From the NCBI RefSeq assembly GCF_000181795.1, contig NW_003526941.1, forward strand, positions 10,222,856 through 10,286,855: a stretch of DNA of 64,000 nucleotides, given 5' to 3'. Below, one piece after another: positions 40,601 through 54,198 of this stretch; the stretch's first letter is position 1, and every line of letters begins with the position of its first letter. The notes under the pieces were generated by a model. The model searched no databases. It saw only the letters and a program-made list of their open reading frames with translations, and had not been told where the DNA came from. The DNA is from Trichinella spiralis (Eukaryota). The position numbers were made by a program, and so were the translations under genes.

Positions 40601-41242
40601 CAAAATTATGCATGTAAAACAGCGCTACTTAATATACTGAATTAAATAATGTTAAAAAAGCTGATATATATACAATTGACATTGACAATTAAAATTCACT
40701 TACCACAAATTTTTTCATGATGGTTTTTGCATTCAATAGGCAACAATTGTTTTGTCTTCAAAATTTTATCCTTGAAAAATTTAATTATAAACATAAAATA
40801 TTATACAAAAAAATCAATCGCATTTAGTGATACAAATTAACCAAATTCTACTATTTACTTTTCAAAACATTTTACAGTAAAAAATCTCATAATAAAATTA
40901 TCACTTAAAAAGTTTTGAATAAAAAAAAATATTAGAACTTATGCGAGTTATGCTAAATTTTACTGTATCACCATTTAAACGATCAGTTTTGTGTAAGATT
41001 GCTTTTTTAAACAAACTGAACTGATACTGTAAAGATTTCGAAAGAGAAATAAATTTGACAAATTACATGTCAAGTAATCAAAAATAAAAAGTTAATTACG
41101 ATCAATGATCTTGTTCAGTTGTCATTTTTCATATTACAGTTTTATACATAACACTGTTATAGAGCATATCAGGAGAAAAATTTTACAATTGTAGTCAAAT
41201 GGAAAGAAAACTTACTGCTAAAGAAGAAACGAAGAAGTTCAG

Positions 41243-41680
41243 TTAAGCCATATAAAACGATTTTAACGTATTCATAATCATAGAACTATCCGATAAGGAT
41301 GCTTTTGGTAAATCTTTAATCAGATTGTTACGATGATAATTCAAAGTTGCTTTTGCACATGCTCTGATGCTTCCACCAATGAAAAGGCATTTGAGAATTG
41401 CCGGAATTCGAGAAATTTGGCGAACAAACGGTGTAGATGTGATTAAAGTTTGCAAATGGGCGTCCAGAACACGAATAACCACAATACCAAGTTCGTCTTC
41501 AAAAACTTTGACTTTCAAAAGATGCTTGCACTGTCCTAAACCACATTCACCAAACACACTTTTAATAGCAGCAATGACAGCTCCATAGATGGTAGAACTC
41601 GTGACTGATGAATGCGGTAGCTCAACCGATGGATCAAGAATTAGTTGAAATACACAATATCTAAACTTAGCTTTGACCAT
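41243..41680 (-). CDS. POP5: RNase P/MRP subunit, Pop5/Rpp14 family, single exon
   Basis: MVKAKFRY N-terminus, FGECG, IVVIRV and GGSIRAC motifs typical of Pop5/Rpp14; 145 aa. Confidence 0.8.
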   Translation of the reverse strand: MVKAKFRYCVFQLILDPSVELPHSSVTSSTIYGAVIAAIKSVFGECGLGQCKHLLKVKVFEDELGIVVIRVLDAHLQTLITSTPFVRQISRIPAILKCLFIGGSIRACAKATLNYHRNNLIKDLPKASLSDSSMIMNTLKSFYMA

Positions 41681-42722
41681 TTTGTAATGATGAACTTAAA
41701 TGAAAATTGAATGATAAAATATTTTTCAAACACTTAATAGGTGTTGATTAGTAAATTTTCAATAAAAAACATTTAAATTAACATTCACAACAACTGCATT
41801 TAGAAAAAGAAAGTACAACTTCAAAATGCCTGTTGTAATAAAACGCGGTAGGCATTATAACGGATATTCAAGTATGAATATCAAAAATTCTTTTTCTTCA
41901 CACAAATCAGTAAAGGTATACAACTTCTAATTTAAAGATACAAAAATTGCATTAGTATAGCTAATTAATTTTTTACACAAATTATTAAATTGTATATTAC
42001 AGTAATAAAAAATATGCACAGGTATTAATATTAAATTGGAATTAAAAGTGAATTATTTTAGCATTAATTTTAACTAAGTTTAAATTTATTGTCTTAAATT
42101 TTGCCTATTCATTATTTATATTGTTTTGTAAAGCTGAATTAAATTTTTTTCCAAATTACAGTAAATGACATTTATACTGATAAAAGCATTTTTATCAATA
42201 TAAAATTGTGTATTGATATTTTCAACTGAACATCTGGATGAATTTTGGAATAATTATCAAAAACATATAATAATTTTTGTGCCCTGCTTTGACGTTGAAT
42301 CACGCTCCATTTTGCAAATTTTGTCAAAATATTGATTATGCAAAAAAATACTTTCCTTTAAAATGCAACAAAAGCTTTCTTGTACAAAATATCACATCGT
42401 TTACTGTTCATATTTAGTTCGTTTTCCTTTATCCAAGCGAACTTACTGAATTGAAATTGAAATGCACAACTGAAGAGATGATATAACTTGCCCGCTTGTT
42501 TCTGTTCAATCTTTAAAAGTTGAACAATAAAATTTTGCGCGCAGAAAACAATATTGAATAAGTTTTACCATATTCATCAGATCGTCTCAGAGGACTGGTA
42601 AAACAGAATTAAATAAACAGTCGGTTAGAATAAGGAAAATGGAAGAACACATAGCTTGATATATTTAAATAAATAAATAACTGTTGGCAGCATTTGGAGA
42701 AAACAATTTTTTTACCAAGTTT

Positions 42723-45700
42723 TCAATCTACACCCGGCATGGTCACCTCCAACGTGTCAGCAATCACTTTGTTCTGCTCTCGCATATGATGATATTTGTT
42801 GCCGGTAGCGGTCGACGCCGAAGGTGCACGTCCAGCATATCTGTTTGTTATATTTAAATAATTTCATTAATCAATCGAACAATTAATTAATTAAAACTCA
42901 CTTGACTGAACGACCGTTGTTAAGAGCAGTCAACAGTCGCGGATGGACGTACAACCAAGCACCCATGTTCTTGTGCTCTTCTTGTGCCCAAATTAGTTGC
43001 GCATTTTTGTACTTTTCCGCTTGCTCTTTCACTAAATCATACGGAAAAGGACTAAGCTAAAACAGGAAGAAAAAAAACAAATTTTAATTAAAAAATATTT
43101 AAACCAATATTAACATTGATCTACCTGTTCTACTCGACAAAGAGCCACGTCAGAATCTAATTTTTTGTTATTCCGCTCCTTTTTCAATTCATAATAAAGC
43201 TTTCCTGAACAAAACACAAGCCGCTTCACTTGTTCCGGATTCTCACTAGCTGGACCATCTTCTGGAATAAGCCTTTTGAATCGAGTATTTTCCAAATAAT
43301 CTTCAAATGGTGAACGAGCTTCTGGATGACGTAACAAGCTTTTCGGAGTCATCACTATCAACTAATGAACACAAAGAACAAATTAATTAATTCAATATAT
43401 TAACATGAATTTTCAGTTTAAAAAATATTAAAAAATACCGGTTTACGAAACGGTAATAACATCTGTCGTCTGAGAAGATGGAAGAAATTTGCAGGGGTTG
43501 TACAATTCGCAACAATCATGTTCGTCTCCATCAACTGCCTTCCCTCGAATTCTGGACCGGGTGGCTGAAATACATTTTTTTTAATTTGTCAAAGTGGTAA
43601 AATCGACATCTATCTAACTTTCATTCGTTCTTCATCGTCGCAGCAGAGTTGCAAAAATCGTTCCAACCGTGCAGATGAATGCTCCGGACCCATTCCTTCG
43701 TAGCCATGAGGCAACAAACAAACAATGCCCGACTGACGAATCCATTTCGCTTGACCACTTAATAATAAAATTTGCAATTTAATTTATTCAAAAAATAATA
43801 TCAAAACCCATTCCATTTCATCACCTGGAAATAAATTGATCAAATATACACTGCGCGTTGTTGGAAAAATCACCAAACTGCGCTTCCCAAATAACCAAGG
43901 CGTTGGGATTGGACAACGAAAAGCCGACCTCAAAACCGAGTACGCCGAATTCAGAAAGTGAACTATTGCATACAGTATATTGTGCCTAGTGGAAAAAAAT
44001 TGCAATAATAAAATATTAATATTATTTTTGAAATCAAATTTCACCTGTTTCCCTGGCCAAAGTTCATTCAACGGCTCTACGGTATTTTTATCGACATTCT
44101 GGTCGTGGAGCACGTGATGACGATGGCTAAAAGTGCCACGTTCCACATCCTGACCACTAAGACGTACGTGAAAACCTTCACCAAGCAGGCTGCCAAAAGC
44201 GAACGCTTCGGCCAACGCCCAGTCACTGGTGCCGGATTGTACCATTTGCGCACGGCCACGCAAAACCCTCTCCAACCCGGAGTGCAAGCGAAAATTTTTC
44301 GGCACAGCGGAAAAAATATTACCAATATGTTGCAATACTTCTACACTAACACCAGTCGGTTTCAATTTCAAATCCACATCATAAGGGAAAAAAGCTTGAA
44401 AACAAAATTAATTAATATCAACAGATATATTTCCGCCGTTATGCGCTTTTCTGTTGTTATTCGAATTACTTTTCCAAGGCGAATCTAGCCAATCGCGATT
44501 ACGAACAAACATTTCTTTCTGCGAATTCGAATATGCAGTTTCCATTATTTCAACATAATGATCCATCTCCGCCTGCAATTTTATTTTATTTTATTATCAA
44601 CACTATAAAACTCTTTTATCATTAAAAAAAATAGAAATCTCTCCTTTAACCTGCACATATTCTTGATTTACTACACCGGCGTTGATCAATTTTTGAGCGT
44701 ACTTGTCCATCACCGGTAGCGCTTTGGCTATTTTCTGATACATCAACGGCTGTGTGAACGATGGTTCATCTTGTTCATTGTGTCCATGCCGTCGATAGCA
44801 TACCTGAAAAAAGAAAAATCCAAATAAATTTAATGTACTGATAATAATTTAAATGTTTCCATTTACTAAATCAATAACCACGTCTTTTTTGAACTTGTTC
44901 CTCCACTGAGAAGCAACAGTACAGACATGCATAACTGCTTCGGGATCGTCGGCGTTGACGTGAAATATCGGTGCATTCACAACCTTAGCTACGTCTGTAC
45001 AATAAGGTGACGAACGTGAAAAACGTGGATCTGTTGTAAAGCCAATCTGTCGTGCAGAAATAAACGATATTGTCGATATGAAATATGCAAAATTGTAATT
45101 ATATTTATTTACCTGATTGTTGACAATAAAATGAATAGAACCGTGACAAGTGTAGGCAGGTAGGCCGCTTATGTCGAACGTTTCATACACAATACCTTGG
45201 CCTGAAAAGGCGGCATCGCCGTGCAACAAGATGCTCATCACCTTGTCACCTCGGGCATCGTTGCGGTAGAACTGTTCGGCTCGGGTTTTGCCCTGGACCA
45301 CCGGATCGACCGCTTCCAAATGGGAAGGGTTCGCCACCACGCTGATTTTAATCGGCTTACCAGAGGCACTGTTCAAACGTTCTATACAAACGCCCAGGTG
45401 ATATTTCACATCGCCACTCCCTTCATCTTCTGGTTGAAGTGTGCTGAATTGGCAGAATATCGCTTCCAATTCTTGCCGGCACACGTTTGCCAGAATGTTC
45501 AACCGACCACGGTGTGGCATGCCAATGACAAACGTGTCGACGCCAAGTGCAGCGGTGCAATCGATCACCTGCTTCATTGCCGGTATCAATACCTCACAAC
45601 CTTCAAGACCGAATCGTTTTTCAGCTGGCCATTTTTTGGCCAAAAATTCTTCAAATCTACAAATTTAAATTACCATTATTAATTGATAATTCAAATTTTA

Positions 45701-47688
45701 AAAATTCCCATCAAAAATAAAACATGCTTAGTAGAACGAATCAATCGTTTAAAAAGTCTCTTCTGCTCGTCCGGTGTCAATTCCATAATGCTGGGAGTTT
45801 CAAAATGCTTTCGAATCCACAGATACTGTTCTCGATTGCTCAAATGCATATATTCCACTCCAATATGATGACAATATATTTTCTGAAAATAAGCAAAATA
45901 TTAACAACAACAAATAATTAATTTCAAATGACAATCGAAATGCTCACTTTCAATCTTTGCAATATTTCGCCTAAAGTTAACACTGAACGATCACCTCCAA
46001 TGTAAGTTGTGTTCGGAAGCAGAAATTCACGATTCAAATCTTTTTCAGCTAAAACAACAAACAACAATCTCATTACTTTTCAAAAAAATTTTATCAGTAA
46101 TGATTTTCATCAACACTCAACAACAACAAACATACCATGCGCAATTAAATATAACAATTATCTTTTAAAATGCATGTTAATTTCTATGTTACAGAATCAA
46201 AATTAATTGACTTTTTCAAAATGAATAATTGCAAACTAAAAAACAATTTTTATCACAAATTTAAATAAAATACCAAATCATTTTATAAATATTTTCTTTC
46301 TGTACATTTGTTCAAAATATCATGTAGAAAAAATTTTTTGAATATGTATTAAAATAAGCAAAAAAAACAAAAGTACAATGACAATTTTTAAATTTCCACT
46401 ACACAGTAAGTTAAATTTGATTATTATTACTGTCAATTTGAACTATCACCAAAAAGAGCAGTATACGGAAAATATTTCAATAAATAAAGCAAGTAAATAT
46501 TTCTCTTCACAAAAGCTGTTCAAAAACGCTTCGATATTTCTCATCTGCCACATAATAATAAATAAATTCAATGAGACAGACCCAATTGTGTCAGTAAAGA
46601 TAATTTTAAAGTTCACTTGATAATTTATTAATTATGATCTGTTTTACACCTTTGCTACGTTTTTTGTTCCTTTAACAAAGTGTTTCTCCTTCCACTTCAC
46701 CGAGAGCAATTACACCTAATCTTCAAATCAATTTTAACAAATAATTAAAATTCCATTACTGAAAAAATTGTTTTCAACAAGGTAAAACATTTGCTAACAC
46801 TAAGCAAACTTGATAGAAGAAAACAAATTTAAAGCAAACTTGAAAGATATGAACCGGATGAAAAACTTTTTTCCTGAAATCGTTACGTCAGAGCAAATAA
46901 TATAAAAACCAAAAATATTGTTGTTTTCTTTACAATTTCATGATATACTTACATTTTTGCAATCTCATAAATTACAATAAACAAAAAACATTAGAAATAT
47001 CTGAATTTTTAAATTACTGCCTTACCTTCCATTATTACTGTTTATGAATTGATGAAATAATATTTTTACTCAAATTATAAGTTGATAACTCCAATTCCGG
47101 TGCTACCGTATCGTCCAAATCTGCTTTGTTGATGCCCAATGGATCCAAATCGGCAATGTGGTGCCCTCTAGTCTAAAAGTATAATATAAAAAGTTTTATA
47201 AAAAATAATAAATCTGAAATACTAAAATCATCACCTGATAACTTTTGATTAATTGCTGCACTTTAGCGTGATCGGATATAGTGTTAGTATCTATAGAAGC
47301 CACATGATGACTAAGTGCTGACAAAGATGGTGGAGGATAATAAGCATCGCCAGGTTGCATTCCTGCTTCGACGCTTCGAAAAAACGCATCCCAACTCTTG
47401 AAACACATTTTCAAAAATTAATAATAATAACAATAATAATAAATACTAATATCTAATACAAAACCGAACCTTGTGAACAGATTTCGGATCGTTCTTCCAC
47501 GATTCAAACATCTCTTCAATATAAATGGACGAAGTGCCATTGAGGAACGGCTCGGCGGCCATTCTAGACATCGGTGCCGGAAAATTGGGCGGTGCACCAT
47601 ATCCAGTTGATTGACGGCGTCTAACATTGATAGCTATGCATTGCGAAAGCTGTAACAGCTGCTTAAATCTTGAAGTTCGACTTAGCAT
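42723..47688 (-). CDS. OGDH: 2-oxoglutarate dehydrogenase E1, mitochondrial, multi-exon
   Basis: Basic N-terminal presequence, [101 protein letters not shown]; stop at 42723. Confidence 0.97.
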
Positions 47689-49221
47689 GTCTGGAAGCGA
47701 AATTTCGAATGCTCGGAAAAACCTTGAGAAGGAAAAAGAGACACCGATTATTCCTACGTCACTTCTCTTTTATGAAATCTAGACGCAAGAAATGTAAACA
47801 AGATGCAATTTACGTCGATTCGCGTCAGACAACCTAGCCAACGCTAAAGATAATTGAAGAACAATATGCACTATGAATTAAGATAATGAGCAGTAAGAAG
47901 CGAATAAACATGCAAACAATTTCTGATAAATATATATATGCATAAATATAAATACGTACATAAACATTAGATTAACATGCGTAATGTATATTACAAAAAT
48001 AATTACTGTCCAATTTTCAAAGTAAAAAAATGATAATTTAATAATTCATATAAAAACATTGGAAAGAATTCACAATGCAATATATCACATTTGGAATGTA
48101 GACTTAAACTCAAATTAAGCCAAATTTTAAAGTTAAAAATATTTACATTAAATATATCTCAACTCTTCCTAATTGAAAAAAATATCGTAAAATTTTCAAA
48201 TTTACAGATCATCAAGTGATAATGAGATAAAAATCTAATGAATCATACATATCAAAAGTAGAACAACAATGTATAGTTCATTTCATAGCAATTTTATTAT
48301 AACTACTTACAAAGTCATTTTTTCTTGCCACAATTTACGTAACAAACAACTAGAAAAGAAAACAACTGCGCAACTTGTAAAGTAGGAGGGAATTAACGAC
48401 GCATACAGTATAATTATTGATTTCAGGTTACAAATAATGTAAATCAAGAAGCAATAATAATGCTGCAAAAAGAAAGCATTTCAAAACTGCATCTATTGAA
48501 AAATATGCGTTAGCTAAGAAAATTTATTATTATTACACATGAATTTTAAAGAAAAATCATTTTTATTGGTTACACAAACATTCTATTTTGCAGAAAAGTG
48601 CATGTAAAAATTTAATATTCAAAAATCAAATTTAACTTTACTATTTTTTTATTGTGTAATTATCAGCATAAAATTTATCATTAATTGTTATTTTCGGTTT
48701 TAGTTGTTTGATTATTATGCTAAAAATACAAATTTACAATTAAAAATACCAATGACTTGATTGGATGTTGAATACAAATCCCGCGTTTTTGGTAGTTTTT
48801 TATGTGTAAAAATGCGTGAAATTAGCGATTTCACATTATGTAATGAAAATACTCATATTATTCAGCAAAAGAGTTTTTTATTTTATAAGTTTCACATCAG
48901 AAAGTGCTTCAAACTTGGCTGAATTTTATTGAAGTATTACTGTATTTTTACTCATTAATGAGATTATCAGTGAAGTGAAACGAATATTGAAACGAAAATA
49001 TAATATCATTCTTATAAACTAGATTTGCAGTTGATAAGTATTTCAACGTTGTGATTTGAAATCATGAAAGAACATTTGTGTCATTATTCGTATTGTTGTG
49101 ATTTGAGTCAATAATCATCACTGATTTGAAGATGCTGTTGTTTATTTCTGGTGAGAAATGTCTATGCTTGAATTTTCAGAACTTTTCTGGAGCATTTCAT
49201 ACTATTTCATATAGTTGAAAA

Positions 49222-51053
49222 ATGATTGGAGAAGATGAAAATGTGCGTAAAAGGCAATTAAATGCTTCAGACGCTAAAGTTGAGCCTAACCAAGAGGTTG
49301 CTCTCTTCATTTTAATGTAGTATGTTAGTGATATTATTCTTTTAATGTTTAGAGTGATTATGACGACAAAAGTGACGGCAGTGATTGCAAGTAATTCAAA
49401 TTTATTTATGTAATTGTTGTGTACTGAGAATTGTTTATTTGCATATTTAAATACATTTTAATTATCATGTTCATGTCTATGCTAAATAGTTAAAATTCAA
49501 GTATTCCGATTTTAATGCAATCCCTGTTTTAATGCAATTTTAATCCCCTGTTTTTACGCATAATTTAAATTTAAAAATTTTACCCATCCTATTTTGCAGT
49601 GCTTTGTTCTTTACCTTCATTTTTAATGCAAAGCGCTAAAAATATTGCATTTCACTTCAGCAATAATGTGTTTGTTGCGAAGTGGAAAATTGTTTTGCCT
49701 TGCGACTGCAATTGATTTTTTAGCCTTTTCTGCAGTAAAACTGACAAGAGTATCAAATTATATTTTATGCACCAGGCTGTTGACATGTTCTGCTTGACAT
49801 TTTGATGCTTGATTCAAATTTGTTTTGAAATTACTCGGTTTTTTTAAATGCAATTTATGATCAAATTTAAATTGAAAACTATATTGCAATGCTGTGAATT
49901 GTTGTAGGAGAATCTTTAATTAATTTCTGGTCTTGGCATATAAAATCACTTGTAGAAAAGCGAATTTTACTGCTTCTCAAATCATTGATAGTAATATTTA
50001 TGTATGTATTGACAAGTCACGCCCCTGCTTGATAATTCAGTTTGTGACATTTAAGCATTGAATTCATTGATTTCTATTAATTTGCTCGTTAGTTTTATAT
50101 TGTAACTGCGAATAAGCAACAGTAATTATTGACGGAAAAAATATGTACCATACGTTCATTTTTTGATTTTCAAGTACAAAGTACAATTGCGATAAAAATG
50201 CTCAAATTTTTTAAAATTTGGTAAATAAACTTTTTTGCAGATTTGAAGATGTATGTTCGACTTCGAATTTGGTTACGTCAGAAGGCGGTGCTACATCGAT
50301 GGAGCAGGCGTTGTCCGGGCTATCGGCCAGGTATTAATTAAACGAATTTCAATTCACAAAAAATGTCTGATTTTTTTAGATGGCGAAATTGGGTAATTCG
50401 AGGAGTGTTTTCATTTTTTATGCTTCTTGCATTTTCATTTGTAATCTACCTTGGTCCTTTGGCGTTGATCACAATTGTAATCTTCTTTTTTTTTAAATAT
50501 GTTAAGAATATTTTTCAAGAATTAAAGTGTTATTTGGAAAAAAATTTTATTTTCAGGTGCTATTGATTCAAATCAAATGTTTCCAAGAAATCATCAGTAT
50601 TGGCTATGCAATTTATCGAATGCACAAATTACCATGGTTTCGATCATTATCATGGTATTTTCTTATCGCTAGTGATTATTTTTTTTACGGCGAAGCAGTG
50701 ATTGATTATTTTGGCTTATTTCTGAAACGCGATGTAAGAACGAAATATTATTTTAATTTTTTTACTTTTACTAGTGATTTTTCATTTGTATAGGAATTTC
50801 TTCGATTTCTCCTTACGAATCACAGAATGATTTCATTTTTTCTCTACTTGATTGGCTTTATTTGGTTCGTCTTGAGCTTGGTCAAACGTTACTATATGCG
50901 ACAGTTTTCTTTGGTATAGAAAAAAATTAATTTTTCTGAAACTTTTTGAAATTTGTTTTTACAGTTTGCTTGGACACACGTGACATTGCTGCTGATTGTC
51001 GCGCAATCGTATTTGATCATTCAGAACATTTTTGAAGGCACCATTTGGTAACA

Positions 51054-51098
<45 letters not shown>

Positions 51099-51994
51099 TT
51101 TCTGTTAACTGTTTTCAATAGGTTCATTGTACCAGTATTGTTGATTATCTGCAACGACATGACCGCTTATTTATTTGGCTTCTTTTTCGGCCGGACTCCT
51201 CTTATCAAGTTATCGCCAAAGAAGACATGGGAAGGATTTTTGGGCGGCGCCTTTTCGACCATTATCTTCAGCTTACTGGTATGAGGATGATTATTTAATA
51301 AAAATTTACATCGTGACAGTGCTGCATTGTTTCTCGTTTTTTGTAGCTTTCTTACGTACTTCTTCAATTTCCACAGTTGGTATGCCCAGCTACTTACAAT
51401 GAATTGAAAGAAACTTTCACAACAGACTGTCAAGTAGCGGCGACCTTTAAATTACAAAACTACAGTATACCGATTGCTCCAGCTTTTCTCCATTTTCTTG
51501 TAAGTTTCCAAATGCAATATATAAGTTGAGGAAAATGGGATAAATAAAATTTATTTTGTGCTTTCAGCTTCCCCGTAGCATCAATTTTCGGGCATATCCG
51601 TTCATGTTCCACAGTCTGACGATGTCGTTATTCGCATCACTGATTGGTCCATTTGGTGGTTTTTTTGCGAGCGGTTTCAAGCGGGCTTTCAAAATCAAAG
51701 ATTTCGGTGCAGTGATACCTGGTCACGGTGGACTGATGGATCGTTTCGACTGTCAACTTCTGATGGGCACATTTGTGCATGTATTTATTCACACTTACGT
51801 CAGGTTGGCTTTCTCTCTCGTGCTCTCTTTTAGTTCTGAGTTTCTCTTCTTATTTTCGTAGAGTGTCGGATCCAACCAAAGTGGTGCAACGTATCATGAT
51901 GCTGAACAACGATGTACAGATAGAAGTGTTTATGCTTCTTTACCAAAAGTTGTCCGCAGCTGGACTGTTAGGCAACTTCACGCTTACAGCATGA
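49222..51994 (+). CDS. CDS: Phosphatidate cytidylyltransferase (CDP-diacylglycerol synthase), multi-exon
   Basis: [89 protein letters not shown]. The first exons [12 protein letters not shown]..|SDYDD..|FEDV.. splice in frame. Confidence 0.95.
51053..51095. repeat. (ATT)n microsatellite in an intron of the CDS gene
   Basis: Uninterrupted attattatt run, which produces the spurious poly-Ile ORF at 51045. Confidence 0.9.
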
Positions 51995-52332
51995 TCAGCT
52001 TACAATGCGCATGTTTCGCATTACTGCACATAGCCGAATTAATTCTTGTCTGACATGAAAAGCTGTATATGCGACCAGTTGATCTCATTCAGACAGTTTA
52101 CAAGGTAGAAAATTTGGTTTGCAACGTCAATTTCAGGCAAACTAAGCTAAACTTCGCTGACTAAACTATAATGCTGATTTTTTGAACTCACGTTCGCAAA
52201 AGACGTCGATTCCGTTGTTGTGTAGTGGTTCTTCGTTCAATCAATAATTTTATTCTGTGATGGTTATTTCTAATGATGTGAATATTGTGAGATTTGAAAC
52301 GTGCAGTAAAAACAAACGTTCGTTACATTAAA

Positions 52333-53371
52333 TTACATGAATCCAATAGTGAACTGATGTTGCATGCCTGGTGGAAATGTACCTGGCGCCGGAACTGGTG
52401 CCGGATGTCTGGGCGCAAAGCTCGGTGGTGGCAGACGAGTAGCTATGACCGCAGATTGCAGTTCGGCAATTCTACTATCTCGTGCTTCCACCCTGAACGC
52501 GAATTGTAAAAAAAACTAAAAATAAGACAAAAATATTTTTTTCTGTACAAAATATATATCAAATATCACACCAAACCTGTTTAGTGTCTTTGTTCCAAAG
52601 CGTCCAAAATTTCCCTTCGCCTTTGTCCACTTCACGGCTTGGAATTTTGAACGCGATCGTTTCATATGGTTCGGCAGCAAATAACAAATATTGCCAGCGC
52701 TTATCGGGCGGTTCAATTTTTTGCTCGTAGGCTGACATGAAACGGTGACGCGGAATTACACTGTCCACCGCTTCTGGATAATCAACTTGAAACAACAAAC
52801 TTTGCTGACCTGTGTTTGGATCACGCTGTTTCGTTACTAAAAGCAATATGGATGAACTTCTTTTGTAACTTTACAACTATTCAATTAATAAAATACCTTT
52901 GTATCCTGGCCGCCCAATTTTGACAAATTTCTTTGGTTCAATTCTTGGCTTGTCAGGCAGAGACAAAGAGCCATTGATATCGAACGCATCTTTTGCAGCT
53001 CTTCTCGCTCTAGTAAAATAAACGCTCACTCATAAAATTTATTACCATGTTGTTACAAATCAAAAACGTACAAATTTGCTTGATGCTTCTTGCCTTGCGT
53101 ATGAGCCAAATAACTGCCTTCATTGTTATGCAAAGTTAAACACAATTTACATTCATAGCCACCAAGATGATTTTTCATAAAATATGGATCCTGAAAGGTA
53201 GTTATTGTATAATTATGCAATTGAAATCTATTCTGAACGCATTACTTTGTTCAAGTCAATTGTTTCCAAAGCCAATTGCCTTAAACGCTCGCGTCGGTCT
53301 CGGTTAGCTTCCGAAAATGAAGCTACACCGCCGGTGCCGGTCTTACCACCAGCTCTGTGTTGAAAATCCAT
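52333..53371 (-). CDS. SF3A2: Splicing factor 3A subunit 2 (SF3a66/Prp11), 5 exons
   Basis: MDFQHRAGGKTGTGGVAS, DPYFMKNHLG..ECKLCLTLHNNEGSYLAHTQGKKHQ zinc finger, KIGRPGYKV, RFMSAYEQKIEPPDK, AEPYETIAFK, short Pro-rich tail ending QFTIGFM*. A TTTTAG acceptor lies 2 nt before the ATG. Confidence 0.96.
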
Positions 53372-54198
53372 TTCTAAAATAAAATAAGAAATAAAAGCTA
53401 ATTAAAATTTAGATAAACTGAAAAATTCCAGATGGCAGTGTTCAACAACTCTAATACTAAAAATCTGTGACATCTTTTTGAAAATGTGAAACAAATCAAT
53501 CACGCAAATGGAGGTCAAACGCGTGATGATAAATTCAAAACTACTTTAATTTAAATAAAATAAAAATCTGCAATAAAAAACATTCAATAATGACAACCAT
53601 GCAATTTAATAATATTATAAGATAGTAATGCAACGAAACATACTGTAATACAGTAATCCGCTCAAGTTTGAACCTTGTTGTTTACAGTTTATTTTCATTG
53701 CTTCAACTTATAAGCATGCCAGTTGTCAACGGATAACTGTTATTTTATTTCTTTATGATGTTTTTGCTAAAAAATTGAGATCACGATTATTTATTTTCTA
53801 CACGCCATCAATTCAAATTCAACCCGATCAAAGTTTGGTAATTCATAGCATGAAATATATCTTCTTACAATTATTCATTTTAAAACTTCATTTATCTGAT
53901 AGGGTAGCATTTATTTAGTACAATGAATTTTACATTTACGTTTAACTTATGCAAAGTTATCGATTCGAAACTTTATGTGTTAGAATAAGTTCACGAAACA
54001 GAAAACTACTATTACTATGAATTTTATTTTTATTTTATTGTATTAGTTTTTGATACTTTTATTTTACTGTGATGTTTAATATTTGATTACTGTGAAAGTA
54101 TTGTATGATAGTAATGAAGTAGTAAAGTTAATATGATACTAGTTTACTTTACAGAACTGTACAGTTGTGGATATTTTTAAAATTATGATGCCAAAGTA

